Positions 49,325 to 60,690 of a stretch of DNA of 64,000 nt are shown one piece after another (the first letter of the stretch is position 1; each line of letters begins with the position of its first letter). This DNA comes from Escherichia coli (GTDB lineage Bacteria > Pseudomonadota > Gammaproteobacteria > Enterobacterales > Enterobacteriaceae). The stretch lies in NCBI RefSeq assembly GCF_003334355.1, contig NZ_QOWP01000002.1. One strand, 5' to 3'. A model generated the notes under the pieces. That model searched no databases. It was not told the origin of the DNA and saw only the letters and a program-made list of their open reading frames with translations. The translations under genes were made by a program, and so were the position numbers.

Positions 49325-50863
49325 TCACCCAACGCCTTTCGCTGTAAACGGCGGTTTCGCAAACCAAACCAAAACCGTAAGTAAGATAAAAGCAATAGCC
49401 GCCATACGGAAAATCTCATTTGCAGAAATAGAAAGTGACTGCTGGGTTATTTCATTATTAATTTCATTAAGAACTCCTGAAAGCGAACCATAGTATTTAT
49501 CCATAATTTGTGACGATGAATTAAACACGGGGTTAAATTGATCGATGGTTGCTGTCAACTGACTATGGTGTAACGATTCGCGTCGTCCCCACAGCGTCAT
49601 TGTCAACGACGTACCAACTGATCCTGACAAGGTACGAAAAAAATTACTCATACTCGAGGCATTGGCAAATTTATTATCTGGCAAGCCTGAAAACGAAATC
49701 GTTGTTAAGGGTAAAAAGAAACAGGCAACGGCGAATCCCTGAAAAAACTGCGGCATAATGATACCTGTAAAATCAATCGTTGGCATAAATGTCACAGAAC
49801 GCCAGTAATAGCAAACCGCATACATCAAAAAACTGAATGTCACCAACACCCGCATGTCTATTTTGTTGCCATAACGTCCTATCAAAGGTGAAATTAATAG
49901 TGGCATGATGCCGATGGGCGCATAAGCAAGTCCGGCCCATATCGCATTATACCCCATCGTTTCCTGGAGTAACTGCGGCATAAGGACGATCGCTCCAGAG
50001 TAAAATAAATACGCGAATGTGATACTCACAATACCAATGGTGAAGTTACGGGACTTAAACAAACTGAGATCAAGAATCGGGTTCTCTGAGGTCGACTCCC
50101 AAATGACTAAAGAGATCAGAGAAATAACTGATACTACTGTTAATATTATTATCGTACTCGAGTTGAACCAATCCAGATCGCGCCCTTTATCAAGCATAAT
50201 TTGCAAGCCACCAACACCGAGCACTAACAGGGTCAGTCCTGGTAGATTCATTTTGACCGGTGAAGTCTCAGTTTCTCTTCCTTTAAGTAAGGTTAAGCAT
50301 AATGTCAGGACGACAATCCCCATAGGGACATTGATTAAAAATATCCAACCCCAGCTAAAGTTATCACAAATATAGCCGCCCAATATCGGCCCACATATCG
50401 GAGCGATAATCACGGTCATTGACCATAATGCCAGAGCAAATGTCCTTTTTTCTGGTGGGTAATTCCTTAATAATAAACTCTGTGACAGTGGAATTAACGG
50501 CCCCGCCATTAACCCCTGAACGACTCTAAAAAATATCAGCACATCAAGATTGGTCGATAGGCTACACATTAATGAAGACAGCGAAAAAAAGATTACTGAA
50601 AGTAAAAATAATCTTAATTCGCCTATTCTTTGTGCCAACCTGCCAGTAACAGGGATCGCAATGGCATTTGCTACACCAAACGAGGTGATAACCCAGGTGC
50701 CTTCGTCTGTTGATGCTCCCAGAAAGCCAGATATTGTCGGTATTGCGACGTTAGAAATAGTGGAATCCAACATTTGCATAAATGTCGCTAATGACAATGC
50801 AATAGTGACGCACCATAACGTCCCACCGGTTAATGGTGCCGGAGTTGATTTAGTGATTGCCAT
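49325..50863 (-). CDS. emrY: MFS multidrug efflux pump EmrY (512 aa)
   Basis: 14-TM MFS transporter downstream of emrK. Confidence 0.92.
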   Translation of the reverse strand: MAITKSTPAPLTGGTLWCVTIALSLATFMQMLDSTISNVAIPTISGFLGASTDEGTWVITSFGVANAIAIPVTGRLAQRIGELRLFLLSVIFFSLSSLMCSLSTNLDVLIFFRVVQGLMAGPLIPLSQSLLLRNYPPEKRTFALALWSMTVIIAPICGPILGGYICDNFSWGWIFLINVPMGIVVLTLCLTLLKGRETETSPVKMNLPGLTLLVLGVGGLQIMLDKGRDLDWFNSSTIIILTVVSVISLISLVIWESTSENPILDLSLFKSRNFTIGIVSITFAYLFYSGAIVLMPQLLQETMGYNAIWAGLAYAPIGIMPLLISPLIGRYGNKIDMRVLVTFSFLMYAVCYYWRSVTFMPTIDFTGIIMPQFFQGFAVACFFLPLTTISFSGLPDNKFANASSMSNFFRTLSGSVGTSLTMTLWGRRESLHHSQLTATIDQFNPVFNSSSQIMDKYYGSLSGVLNEINNEITQQSLSISANEIFRMAAIAFILLTVLVWFAKPPFTAKGVG

Positions 50864-52026
50864 TAAAGTTGTCCATTATGCGAAATAATGTTGCTAATTT
50901 CTTTTTCTATCGGACTGGTATCGATAACTAAAGCCTTACTGGTATAAGCCGGCATGGAGGTCACGGTTGAAGCCAGCTCAGGCATCTCGGCAATGTCTTC
51001 GTTCTTCGTATCAATAGTTGCTGTCATCGATAAACCAATACGCAAGGGATGTTCCATGAGTTCTTTTGGATCAAGAGAAACTTCAACCGGTACACGCTGA
51101 ACGATTTTGATCCAGTTCCCTGTCGCATTTTGTGCAGGTAATAAGGAGAACGCATTGCCGGTTCCCATATTGATCCCTGTCACCCGACCATGAAACACAA
51201 CATTTTCACCATAAAGATCGCTGATAATATTGACCGATTGACCAATCCGTACATCCGTGAGTTGTGTTTCTTTAAAGTTGGCATTAACCCACATTTGACG
51301 TGCCGGTACGACAGCCATTAACGATTGTCCGGGGCTCACTGTTTCGCCGACCTGAACACTTCTCTGGGCAATATAGCCGGTAACCGGACTCTTAATATCC
51401 GTACGTTTAAGCGCCAACCAGGCTTCTTTAGTTGCATCCGCCGCTTCAACGACTTGTGGCTGACGGTTTAATGGTGTGTTCATTACTAAAGCTTTATTCG
51501 CTTTATAAGCCTGGATAGCGGCATTCAATGCCGCTTTGCTACTTATTAACGTATCTTTGGTATGCTCCAGCGTTTCTTTTGAAATAACCCCCTGCTTCGC
51601 TAACGGCACTCGACGGTTATAATCTTCTAAAGATTGTTGATACTGAATACGTGCTGAAGCGACTTCGGCACTGTATTGTTTATCCTGTAAGTATAGTTTA
51701 TTCGTTTGCCGAACAATATTTGCCAGATTATTTTTAGCTTTATTGAGTGCGATAGTGGCATCAGTTTTATCCAGTGAAACTAAAATGTCACCTTGTCGAA
51801 CGTAGTTCGTATCTTTATGATTAACGACAGTGACACTACCTGAGACTTGTGCAGAAATTGGATCTGCATTCCCCGTGACATAGGCGTCATCTGTACTAAT
51901 CATGTCTTCTAATTCCATTGACCAATAGGCATAGGCACCTGAAAACGCAATAAATAAAACTACCGCCAATAAAGAAAAGTATTTTCTTCTGTTAGAATGT
52001 TTTTTATTTGAATTAATCTGTTCCAC
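50863..52026 (-). CDS. emrK: Membrane fusion protein EmrK (387 aa)
   Basis: HlyD-family periplasmic adaptor; start overlaps the emrY coding region end. Confidence 0.92.
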   Translation of the reverse strand: MEQINSNKKHSNRRKYFSLLAVVLFIAFSGAYAYWSMELEDMISTDDAYVTGNADPISAQVSGSVTVVNHKDTNYVRQGDILVSLDKTDATIALNKAKNNLANIVRQTNKLYLQDKQYSAEVASARIQYQQSLEDYNRRVPLAKQGVISKETLEHTKDTLISSKAALNAAIQAYKANKALVMNTPLNRQPQVVEAADATKEAWLALKRTDIKSPVTGYIAQRSVQVGETVSPGQSLMAVVPARQMWVNANFKETQLTDVRIGQSVNIISDLYGENVVFHGRVTGINMGTGNAFSLLPAQNATGNWIKIVQRVPVEVSLDPKELMEHPLRIGLSMTATIDTKNEDIAEMPELASTVTSMPAYTSKALVIDTSPIEKEISNIISHNGQL

Positions 52027-52441
52027 TATTATCTCTCATTTCTCATAGATGAAATTTATGAATTGAATGAAAAGAGCATTCATTCTTCATATCAAACACA
52101 GTGCATGTGTTGCACATTATCCCAGGAACGTTGGAGGCCTAATTTAAATGAGGTGCAAAAAAAACAACAGAGGACTAAACCGTGGCTTTTGCAATACAAT
52201 TCTTACGCCTGTAGGATTAGTAAGAAGACTTATAGTGCCAACTTGAAACTATAAATCATCGGTACAATCCCTGATTTTATTGTTGACATTTCATTTATGC
52301 CGACTATTTATATGGTATACTTGTCGAATTATCTTAAAGGAAGCTCAGATTTTCTTATTTTTATTGAGAAAATGAGATGACGCCTTATGTCTGTATTACT
52401 ACAGGGAGAAGGGAGATGCTTCATTGCAAAGGGAATAATCT

Positions 52442-53056
52442 ATGAACGCAATAATTATTGATGACCATCCTCTTGCTATCGCAGCAATTCGTAATTTATT
52501 GATCAAAAACGATATTGAAATCTTAGCAGAGTTGACTGAAGGCGGAAGTGCCGTTCAGCGGGTGGAAACACTTAAGCCTGATATCGTCATCATTGATGTC
52601 GATATCCCCGGAGTTAACGGTATCCAGGTGTTAGAAACGCTGAGGAAGCGCCAATATAGCGGAATTATTATTATCGTCTCCGCTAAAAATGACCATTTTT
52701 ACGGGAAACATTGTGCTGATGCTGGCGCTAATGGTTTCGTGAGTAAAAAAGAAGGCATGAACAATATCATTGCGGCTATTGAAGCTGCAAAAAATGGCTA
52801 CTGCTATTTCCCCTTCTCTCTCAACCGGTTTGTTGGAAGTTTAACGTCCGACCAGCAAAAACTCGACTCCTTATCGAAACAAGAAATTAGTGTCATGCGG
52901 TATATTCTTGATGGCAAGGATAATAATGACATTGCTGAAAAAATGTTCATCAGCAACAAAACTGTCAGCACTTATAAAAGTCGCCTGATGGAAAAATTAG
53001 AATGTAAATCACTGATGGATCTTTACACATTCGCACAACGTAACAAAATCGGCTAA
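52442..53056 (+). CDS. evgA: Response regulator EvgA (204 aa)
   Basis: Receiver domain plus LuxR-type HTH; divergent from emrKY. Confidence 0.95.
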   Translation: MNAIIIDDHPLAIAAIRNLLIKNDIEILAELTEGGSAVQRVETLKPDIVIIDVDIPGVNGIQVLETLRKRQYSGIIIIVSAKNDHFYGKHCADAGANGFVSKKEGMNNIIAAIEAAKNGYCYFPFSLNRFVGSLTSDQQKLDSLSKQEISVMRYILDGKDNNDIAEKMFISNKTVSTYKSRLMEKLECKSLMDLYTFAQRNKIG

Positions 53057-53060
53057 CCAC

Positions 53061-56000
53061 ATGAAGTTTTTACCCTATATTTTTCTTCTCTGTTGTGGTC
53101 TTTGGTCGGCCATAAGTTTCGCAGACGAAGATTACATCGAATATCGTGGCATCAGTAGTAACAACCGTGTCACACTTGATCCACTACGTCTGAGCAACAA
53201 GGAATTACGTTGGTTAGCGAGCAAAAAAAATCTTGTGATTGCAGTACATAAGTCCCAAACGGCTACGTTGTTGCATACCGATTCGCAGCAACGGGTTCGT
53301 GGTATTAATGCTGATTATTTAAATCTTTTAAAAAGAGCGTTAAATATCAAATTAACACTCCGGGAATACGCAGATCATCAAAAAGCAATGGACGCGCTTG
53401 CAGAAGGTGAAGTCGATATAGTGTTATCACATTTAGTTACTTCGCCGCCTCTTAATAATGACATTGCTGCAACCAAACCATTGATAATTACCTTTCCGGC
53501 GCTGGTAACCACCCTTCACGACTCAATGCGACCGCTTACCTCACCAAAACCAGTAAATATTGCTCGGGTAGCAAATTACCCCCCAGACGAGGTAATTCAT
53601 CAATCATTTCCAAAAGCAACAATTATCTCTTTTACAAATTTATATCAGGCATTAGCATCCGTCTCAGCTGGGCACAATGATTACTTTATTGGTAGTAACA
53701 TCATTACCAGCAGTATGATTTCCCGCTATTTCACTCACTCCTTAAATGTAGTGAAATATTATAACTCGCCGCGTCAATATAATTTTTTCTTGACCAGAAA
53801 AGAATCTGTCATTCTTAATGAAGTACTCAATAGATTTGTTGATGCTTTAACAAATGAAGTTCGCTATGAAGTATCACAAAATTGGCTTGATACAGGAAAC
53901 CTGGCCTTTCTGAACAAACCATTAGAACTCACTGAACATGAAAAACAGTGGATTAAGCAGCATCCCAATTTAAAGGTGCTGGAAAATCCTTACTCGCCCC
54001 CCTATTCTATGACGGATGAAAATGGCTCGGTTCGGGGCGTTATGGGAGACATTCTTAATATTATTACCTTGCAAACAGGTTTAAATTTTTCTCCGATCAC
54101 CGTTTCACACAATATCCATGCTGGAACACAGCTTAGCCCCGGAGGATGGGATATAATACCTGGCGCTATTTATAGTGAAGATCGAGAAAATAATGTTTTA
54201 TTTGCTGAAGCCTTCATAACAACGCCTTACGTTTTTGTCATGCAAAAAGCGCCTGACAGTGAACAAACATTAAAAAAAGGAATGAAAGTTGCCATTCCAT
54301 ATTATTATGAGCTGCATTCGCAATTAAAAGAGATGTATCCGGAGGTTGAATGGATACAGGTCGATAATGCCAGCGCTGCATTTCACAAGGTTAAGGAAGG
54401 TGAACTTGATGCTCTGGTCGCGACACAGCTAAATTCGCGTTACATGATCGATCATTACTATCCTAATGAACTTTATCATTTTCTTATTCCTGGCGTTCCG
54501 AATGCATCGCTTTCGTTCGCTTTTCCTCGCGGAGAACCGGAACTTAAGGATATTATTAATAAAGCACTGAATGCAATTCCCCCAAGCGAAGTTCTGCGCC
54601 TGACGGAAAAATGGATTAAAATGCCCAATGTGACCATTGACACATGGGACCTATATAGCGAGCAATTTTATATTGTTACGACATTATCCGTTTTATTAGT
54701 TGGCAGTAGCCTTTTATGGGGATTCTACCTGTTACGCTCAGTTCGTCGTCGTAAAGTCATTCAGGGTGATTTAGAAAACCAAATATCATTCCGAAAAGCA
54801 CTCTCGGATTCCTTACCGAATCCAACTTATGTTGTAAACTGGCAAGGTAATGTCATTAGTCATAATAGTGCTTTTGAACATTATTTCACTGCGGATTACT
54901 ACAAAAATGCAATGTTACCATTAGAAAACAGTGACTCACCCTTTAAAGATGTTTTTTCTAATGCGCATGAAGTCACAGCAGAAACGAAAGAAAATCGAAC
55001 AATATACACACAGGTATTTGAAATTGATAATGGCATCGAGAAAAGATGCATTAATCACTGGCATACATTATGCAATCTTCCTGCAAGTGACAATGCAGTA
55101 TATATTTGTGGTTGGCAAGATATTACTGAAACGCGTGATCTAATTAATGCACTCGAGGTAGAAAAAAATAAAGCGATAAAGGCTACCGTAGCAAAAAGTC
55201 AGTTTCTGGCAACGATGAGTCACGAAATAAGAACACCAATAAGCTCTATTATGGGCTTCCTGGAACTTCTGTCGGGTTCTGGTCTTAGCAAGGAGCAACG
55301 GGTGGAGGCGATTTCACTTGCCTACGCCACCGGACAATCACTCCTCGGCTTAATTGGTGAAATCCTTGATGTCGACAAAATTGAATCGGGTAACTATCAA
55401 CTTCAACCACAATGGGTCGATATCCCTACTTTAGTCCAGAACACTTGTCACTCTTTCGGTGCGATTGCTGCAAGCAAATCGATCGCATTAAGTTGCAGCA
55501 GTACGTTTCCTGAACATTACCTGGTTAAGATCGACCCTCAGGCGTTTAAGCAGGTCTTATCAAATTTACTGAGTAATGCTCTCAAATTTACCACCGAGGG
55601 GGCAGTAAAAATTACGACCTCCCTGGGTCACATTGATGACAACCACGCTGTTATCAAAATGACGATTATGGATTCTGGAAGTGGATTATCGCAGGAAGAA
55701 CAACAACAACTGTTTAAACGCTACAGCCAAACAAGTGCAGGTCGTCAGCAAACAGGTTCTGGTTTAGGCTTAATGATCTGCAAAGAATTAATTAAAAATA
55801 TGCAGGGCGATTTGTCATTAGAAAGTCATCCAGGCATAGGAACAACATTTACGATCACAATCCCGGTAGAAATTAGCCAGCAAGTGGCGACTGTCGAGGC
55901 AAAAGCAGAACAACCCATCACACTACCTGAAAAGTTGAGCATATTAATCGCGGATGATCATCCGACCAACAGGCTATTACTCAAACGCCAGCTAAATCTA

Positions 56001-56654
56001 TTAGGATATGATGTTGATGAAGCCACTGATGGTGTGCAAGCGCTACACAAAGTCAGTATGCAACATTATGATCTGCTTATTACTGACGTTAATATGCCGA
56101 ATATGGATGGTTTTGAGTTGACTCGCAAACTCCGTGAGCAAAATTCTTCCTTACCCATCTGGGGGCTTACAGCCAACGCACAGGCTAACGAACGTGAAAA
56201 AGGGTTAAGTTGCGGCATGAACTTATGTTTGTTCAAACCGTTGACCCTGGATGTACTGAAAACACATTTAAGTCAGTTACTCCAAGTTGCGCATATTGCA
56301 CCTCAGTATCGCCACCTTGATATCGAAGCCCTGAAAAATAATACGGCGAACGATCTACAACTGATGCAGGAGATTCTCATGACTTTCCAGCATGAAACGC
56401 ATAAAGATCTACCCGCTGCGTTTCAAGCACTAGAAGCTGGCGATAACAGAACTTTCCATCAGTGTATTCATCGCATCCACGGTGCGGCTAACATCCTGAA
56501 TTTGCAAAAGTTGATTAATATTAGCCATCAGTTAGAAATAACACCTGTTTCAGATGACAGTAAGCCTGAAATTCTTCAGTTGCTGAACTCTGTAAAAGAA
56601 CACATTGCAGAGCTGGACCAGGAGATTGCTGTTTTCTGTCAGAAAAATGACTAA
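53061..56654 (+). CDS. evgS: Hybrid sensor kinase EvgS (1197 aa)
   Basis: Two periplasmic solute-binding-like domains, HisKA/HATPase, receiver and HPt domains. Confidence 0.95.
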   Translation: MKFLPYIFLLCCGLWSAISFADEDYIEYRGISSNNRVTLDPLRLSNKELRWLASKKNLVIAVHKSQTATLLHTDSQQRVRGINADYLNLLKRALNIKLTLREYADHQKAMDALAEGEVDIVLSHLVTSPPLNNDIAATKPLIITFPALVTTLHDSMRPLTSPKPVNIARVANYPPDEVIHQSFPKATIISFTNLYQALASVSAGHNDYFIGSNIITSSMISRYFTHSLNVVKYYNSPRQYNFFLTRKESVILNEVLNRFVDALTNEVRYEVSQNWLDTGNLAFLNKPLELTEHEKQWIKQHPNLKVLENPYSPPYSMTDENGSVRGVMGDILNIITLQTGLNFSPITVSHNIHAGTQLSPGGWDIIPGAIYSEDRENNVLFAEAFITTPYVFVMQKAPDSEQTLKKGMKVAIPYYYELHSQLKEMYPEVEWIQVDNASAAFHKVKEGELDALVATQLNSRYMIDHYYPNELYHFLIPGVPNASLSFAFPRGEPELKDIINKALNAIPPSEVLRLTEKWIKMPNVTIDTWDLYSEQFYIVTTLSVLLVGSSLLWGFYLLRSVRRRKVIQGDLENQISFRKALSDSLPNPTYVVNWQGNVISHNSAFEHYFTADYYKNAMLPLENSDSPFKDVFSNAHEVTAETKENRTIYTQVFEIDNGIEKRCINHWHTLCNLPASDNAVYICGWQDITETRDLINALEVEKNKAIKATVAKSQFLATMSHEIRTPISSIMGFLELLSGSGLSKEQRVEAISLAYATGQSLLGLIGEILDVDKIESGNYQLQPQWVDIPTLVQNTCHSFGAIAASKSIALSCSSTFPEHYLVKIDPQAFKQVLSNLLSNALKFTTEGAVKITTSLGHIDDNHAVIKMTIMDSGSGLSQEEQQQLFKRYSQTSAGRQQTGSGLGLMICKELIKNMQGDLSLESHPGIGTTFTITIPVEISQQVATVEAKAEQPITLPEKLSILIADDHPTNRLLLKRQLNLLGYDVDEATDGVQALHKVSMQHYDLLITDVNMPNMDGFELTRKLREQNSSLPIWGLTANAQANEREKGLSCGMNLCLFKPLTLDVLKTHLSQLLQVAHIAPQYRHLDIEALKNNTANDLQLMQEILMTFQHETHKDLPAAFQALEAGDNRTFHQCIHRIHGAANILNLQKLINISHQLEITPVSDDSKPEILQLLNSVKEHIAELDQEIAVFCQKND

Positions 56655-56658
56655 ATAG

Positions 56659-56690
56659 CGGCTCCCACAATGTTCAAATGTGGGAGCTAT
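56659..56690. terminator. Bidirectional terminator between convergent evgS and yfdE
   Basis: GCTCCCACAatgttcaaaTGTGGGAGC perfect stem in the convergent gap. Confidence 0.65.
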
Positions 56691-56709
56691 TTACCAGCAC
56701 ATCTTACAT

Positions 56710-57855
56710 TTATGATGAGAACTCCTGGCGAATTTGTTCCCCATGCTGGTCGAGCGTTGCCGCTCCCGGCATAACATGCGGGTCCGCGCAGCCGCTGATT
56801 TTTATCGGATTACCCGGCATCATTATTCCCCCGGCTTCAATCAACATATTTCTCGCCTGAGTTTGTGGCAATTTAATGGCCTCAGCCACACTTAATAACG
56901 GCGCGACGGGTACACCAACTTCATGTATTCTGGCTAACCAAACTTCAGCTGCCTGCGTTTTTAACGTCCGCTCAATATATTGTTTAAGAATAGCCTGGTT
57001 TTGTACGCGTAAAATATTGCTGCTAAATCGGGGATCATTAACCAGTTCCGTAAGCTCCAGTGCCTGGCATAACGCAGAAAAAAGCTTGTCATTACCACAA
57101 CAAATCGTAATCGGCTTATCCTGAGTATTGAAAACATCAAAAGGTGCCATGTAGGGATGGCGATTTCCCAGACGTTGTGGTGACTTCCCAGTTGCGATAT
57201 ATGCCATCAGACCATGCTCCAGAAAACTCAGCGTGGCATCAAACATCGCTATATCGACATGCGCCCCTCTCTGGCTCTTTTCGCGGCCATAAAGTGCACT
57301 CACTATTCCGCTGAATAAATAGACACCGCCGCATAGATCCGCAAGAGATGTACCAACGCGCACTGGCGGAGCATCAGGATATCCTGTTTCCATCATTATC
57401 CCGCTCATTGCCTGAATGATGGTATCGTAGGCAGGAGCATCTTTTAGCGGACCGGTATGTCCGAAACCTGACGATGAAGCATATATGAGGCGCGGGTTGA
57501 TTTCTTGAAGCGTTTCCCATGAAAACCCCAGTTTTTCCATTGTACCTGGGCGAAAATTCTCAGCTAATACATCAGCTTGTTTGAGCATATTTATAAATAT
57601 ACTTTTATCGTGATCATTCTTTAAATCAAGAACCACACTCTCTTTGCCATGATTAATAAAACTGTAATAGAGTGACTGTCCATCCACATAGGGACCAAAT
57701 GTGCGGGTATCATCACCATGACCCGGCGGCTCAACTTTAATTACCCTTGCGCCCATATTACAAAGAAGTTGAGTTCCGAAAGGTCCATTAAGGACATGTG
57801 TCATATCGATAACTAATAAGCCTTCAAACGGCCCTTTGCTTTCATTATTTGTCAT
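56710..57855 (-). CDS. yfdE: CoA-transferase family III protein YfdE (381 aa)
   Basis: MTNNESKGPFEGLLVIDMTHVLNGPFG... (CaiB/BaiF family); start taken at the internal Met of ORF 56710..57894. Confidence 0.88.
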   Translation of the reverse strand: MTNNESKGPFEGLLVIDMTHVLNGPFGTQLLCNMGARVIKVEPPGHGDDTRTFGPYVDGQSLYYSFINHGKESVVLDLKNDHDKSIFINMLKQADVLAENFRPGTMEKLGFSWETLQEINPRLIYASSSGFGHTGPLKDAPAYDTIIQAMSGIMMETGYPDAPPVRVGTSLADLCGGVYLFSGIVSALYGREKSQRGAHVDIAMFDATLSFLEHGLMAYIATGKSPQRLGNRHPYMAPFDVFNTQDKPITICCGNDKLFSALCQALELTELVNDPRFSSNILRVQNQAILKQYIERTLKTQAAEVWLARIHEVGVPVAPLLSVAEAIKLPQTQARNMLIEAGGIMMPGNPIKISGCADPHVMPGAATLDQHGEQIRQEFSS

Positions 57856-57928
57856 TTGCTTATGCCTTGAAAAAAGCCGAAGGTGAAAAGACACTTCGGC
57901 ATTTATGTAAAATCAATAACATGATTAA

Positions 57929-58873
57929 TTATGAAACCAGTCGACTGACATAAATCCACAAGGGAGCCGTGACGACAAAGCCCAGTACGCTCACAGCCAA
58001 TGACGCTGTACCAGTACGGGTGTAGACATTAAACCGGCTGGCAATAATGATTCCGGAGAATGCCGGCGGTAATGCGCCTGCCAGTACCATCATCTGCAGA
58101 TGTTCGCTGTTCAAATGACATGCCATACCAACGAGAAGCAGTGCCAGTGGCATCAGAATCAGCTTCAGGAAGGTGTTATAAGCAATTTCGGCACTGAACT
58201 CGAATTTATGTGCAGCCAGAGTCAACCCCGCAGCGAATACCGCTACCCCTGAGTTAGCCTTCGCAATCAGATTAAAGGTTGGGTCCCATGCTGCCGGAAT
58301 TTTTACCCCAACCAACACCAGGATCGTTGCCAGAACAGGTGCCCATACTACTGGCTCCTTTGCCGCAGAAATTAATGCGCTCAGATTACTATTCTTCTTA
58401 CCATCCGCTCCTGAGGAAGGATTCAGCAAATACAGACCAATAGGAATAGTAATTGCGTTAACAATAATAGAAATAATTGCTACCACTAAACCTGTTGATA
58501 CGGAATCACCATAAATAGGATCGAGAACTGCAAACCCCAGGAATCCAATGGTAGGTGAACCCGCAATTAATGCACATACAGCTGCTTCTGCATGGGTACG
58601 TTTAAAAAATTTGTAGCAACCAAACCAGGAGAAAAAGAAACATCCGACAATAACCACAAGTGATACAAGGGTCAGACGAGTGTCCGCAAAAATCATTTCC
58701 CTGTTTGCCCGGGTAATAGAAACAAATAGAGCCGCAGGAAGCGCGTAGTTTAATACCAGTTTATTAAATGCGCGGGCTTGATCTTCTGAAAAAGTTTCTC
58801 GTCTGCCGCTAAAATAACCCAACAGCATGATTACGATAATAGGCAATAAATCGCCAATAAAAAATGTTAGCAT
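57929..58873 (-). CDS. yfdV: Putative transporter YfdV (auxin-efflux-carrier family, 314 aa)
   Basis: Multi-pass membrane protein in the oxc-frc acid-resistance cluster. Confidence 0.9.
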
Positions 58874-58942
58874 AATAGTATTTCCGATAAGGGTCCCCTC
58901 ACCATCGCATAATGAGTTGGCAAGAGGAGACGATGTCAGTAT

Positions 58943-60637
58943 TTAATTACCAGCGACTTGTTTTGGGTTAAGTTTGGTAATATGGCCACTTTCAGTTCCT
59001 GCTGCAGGGTCGATGACCACATTAATAATGGTCGGTTTGCGCGACTGAATACCGGTGGTTAAAGCATGACGAAGTTCATCTGTCGTGGTGACGTTATAGC
59101 CAACGCCACGAAACGCATCCATTAATTTGTCATACCTTGCATGGTGCATCAGATCCGTTGGTGATGGTGCACCAGCGCCACTGAGATCAACACCGTCTCC
59201 TCTGTAGATGCCGCCATTATTAAAAATAACGATCGTCACCGGCAGGTTATATCGACAAATCGTTTCAATTTCCATCCCACTGAAACCAAAAGCACTATCA
59301 CCTTCAATGGCGACAACCGGAGAACCAGAAGTCACGCTAGCACCGATGGCATAGCCCATACCGATGCCCATGACACCCCAGGTACCACAATCCAGACGAC
59401 GACGTGGTTTATACATATCAATAATATTTCGTGCATTATCCAGGGTATTTGCACCTTCATTAACTAAATAAATATCCTGGTTCTCGCGCAATACGTCGCG
59501 CACAGCACTTAATGCATTAAAGTAATTTAATGGTTGAGTATCTGTACTTAATTTTTCATGCATTTTTTGTGCATTTTGCTGCTTGTGGATATTTAAAATA
59601 TCGCGCCATACCAGTGGAGTCGTAAATGTGTTTTGTTTCAGTTCTGCCAGCATACCTTGCATACTGGATGCAATATCACCAACGACTGGCACAGCAATGG
59701 GGCGGTTGCTGTCAATTTCCTGCGGTTCAATATCCAGTTGAATAAACTGTGTATCTGCCGCCCATCCTTTTTTACCGTGTGCCAATAACCAATTCAGTCG
59801 TGCACCAACAAGCATGACAACGTCAGCATTTGCCAGGGCAAACGAACGCGCAGCTGCCGCAGAAAGTGGATGCGTATCTTCAAGGATCCCTTTCGCCATA
59901 GACATTGGCAGGAATGGAATCTGAGTACTTTCAATAAATTCACGAAGCTGTTCATCAGCTTGTGAATACGCCGCGCCTTTGCCAAGGATAATTAATGGCC
60001 GTTCAGCTTTTGCTAAAAGCGAAATTGCGCTAGTGACTGACTTCGGGCATGGCAATAATGCTGGCGACGGATTTTCAACTTTAACAATCGTGGTTAACGC
60101 TTCGTCTTTTTCCATCGTCGCGGCCAGGACATTTGCTGGCAAATCAAGATAAACTCCGCCAGGGCGACCCGATACAGAGACCCGGATAGCGCGTGCCAAT
60201 GCAATGCCAAGATCCTGCGGCTGATTAACGCGAAATGCTGCTTTGGCATACGGTTTTGCCGCATTCATTTGGTCCAGCTCTTCATAATCACCTTGCTGTA
60301 GGTCGACGATCGCGCGGTCGCTGGAGCCGCTAATCATGATCATCGGAAAACCATTTACCGTTGCGTTGGCCAATGCGGTCAAACCATTGAGGAATCCTGG
60401 CGCAGAAACTGTCAGGCAGATCCCCGGTTTTTGGGTAAGAAAACCGCTTGCCGCAGCGGCATAGCCTGCCGACTGCTCATGACGAAAACCAATATAACGA
60501 ATGCCTTCCGCCTGGGCATGGCGTGCCATATCCGTCACAGGAATACCTACAACACCATAAATAGTGTCAATATTATTCTGTTTTAATGCTTCAACGATGA
60601 TATGCATACCATCTGTCATTTGAAGTTGATCTGACAT
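58943..60637 (-). CDS. oxc: Oxalyl-CoA decarboxylase Oxc (ThDP-dependent, 564 aa)
   Basis: ThDP-enzyme architecture and size; synteny with frc. Confidence 0.95.
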   Translation of the reverse strand: MSDQLQMTDGMHIIVEALKQNNIDTIYGVVGIPVTDMARHAQAEGIRYIGFRHEQSAGYAAAASGFLTQKPGICLTVSAPGFLNGLTALANATVNGFPMIMISGSSDRAIVDLQQGDYEELDQMNAAKPYAKAAFRVNQPQDLGIALARAIRVSVSGRPGGVYLDLPANVLAATMEKDEALTTIVKVENPSPALLPCPKSVTSAISLLAKAERPLIILGKGAAYSQADEQLREFIESTQIPFLPMSMAKGILEDTHPLSAAAARSFALANADVVMLVGARLNWLLAHGKKGWAADTQFIQLDIEPQEIDSNRPIAVPVVGDIASSMQGMLAELKQNTFTTPLVWRDILNIHKQQNAQKMHEKLSTDTQPLNYFNALSAVRDVLRENQDIYLVNEGANTLDNARNIIDMYKPRRRLDCGTWGVMGIGMGYAIGASVTSGSPVVAIEGDSAFGFSGMEIETICRYNLPVTIVIFNNGGIYRGDGVDLSGAGAPSPTDLMHHARYDKLMDAFRGVGYNVTTTDELRHALTTGIQSRKPTIINVVIDPAAGTESGHITKLNPKQVAGN

Positions 60638-60690
60638 GATTAATAACCTCGAAATTTTTATAAATTGGGAGCCAGAAGCCCCCGTTAATA

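Noticed and set aside
52063-52254. ORF in the emrK-evgA intergenic region
   Set aside because: Lies in the divergent regulatory region, lacks an RBS and has odd composition; likely non-coding.
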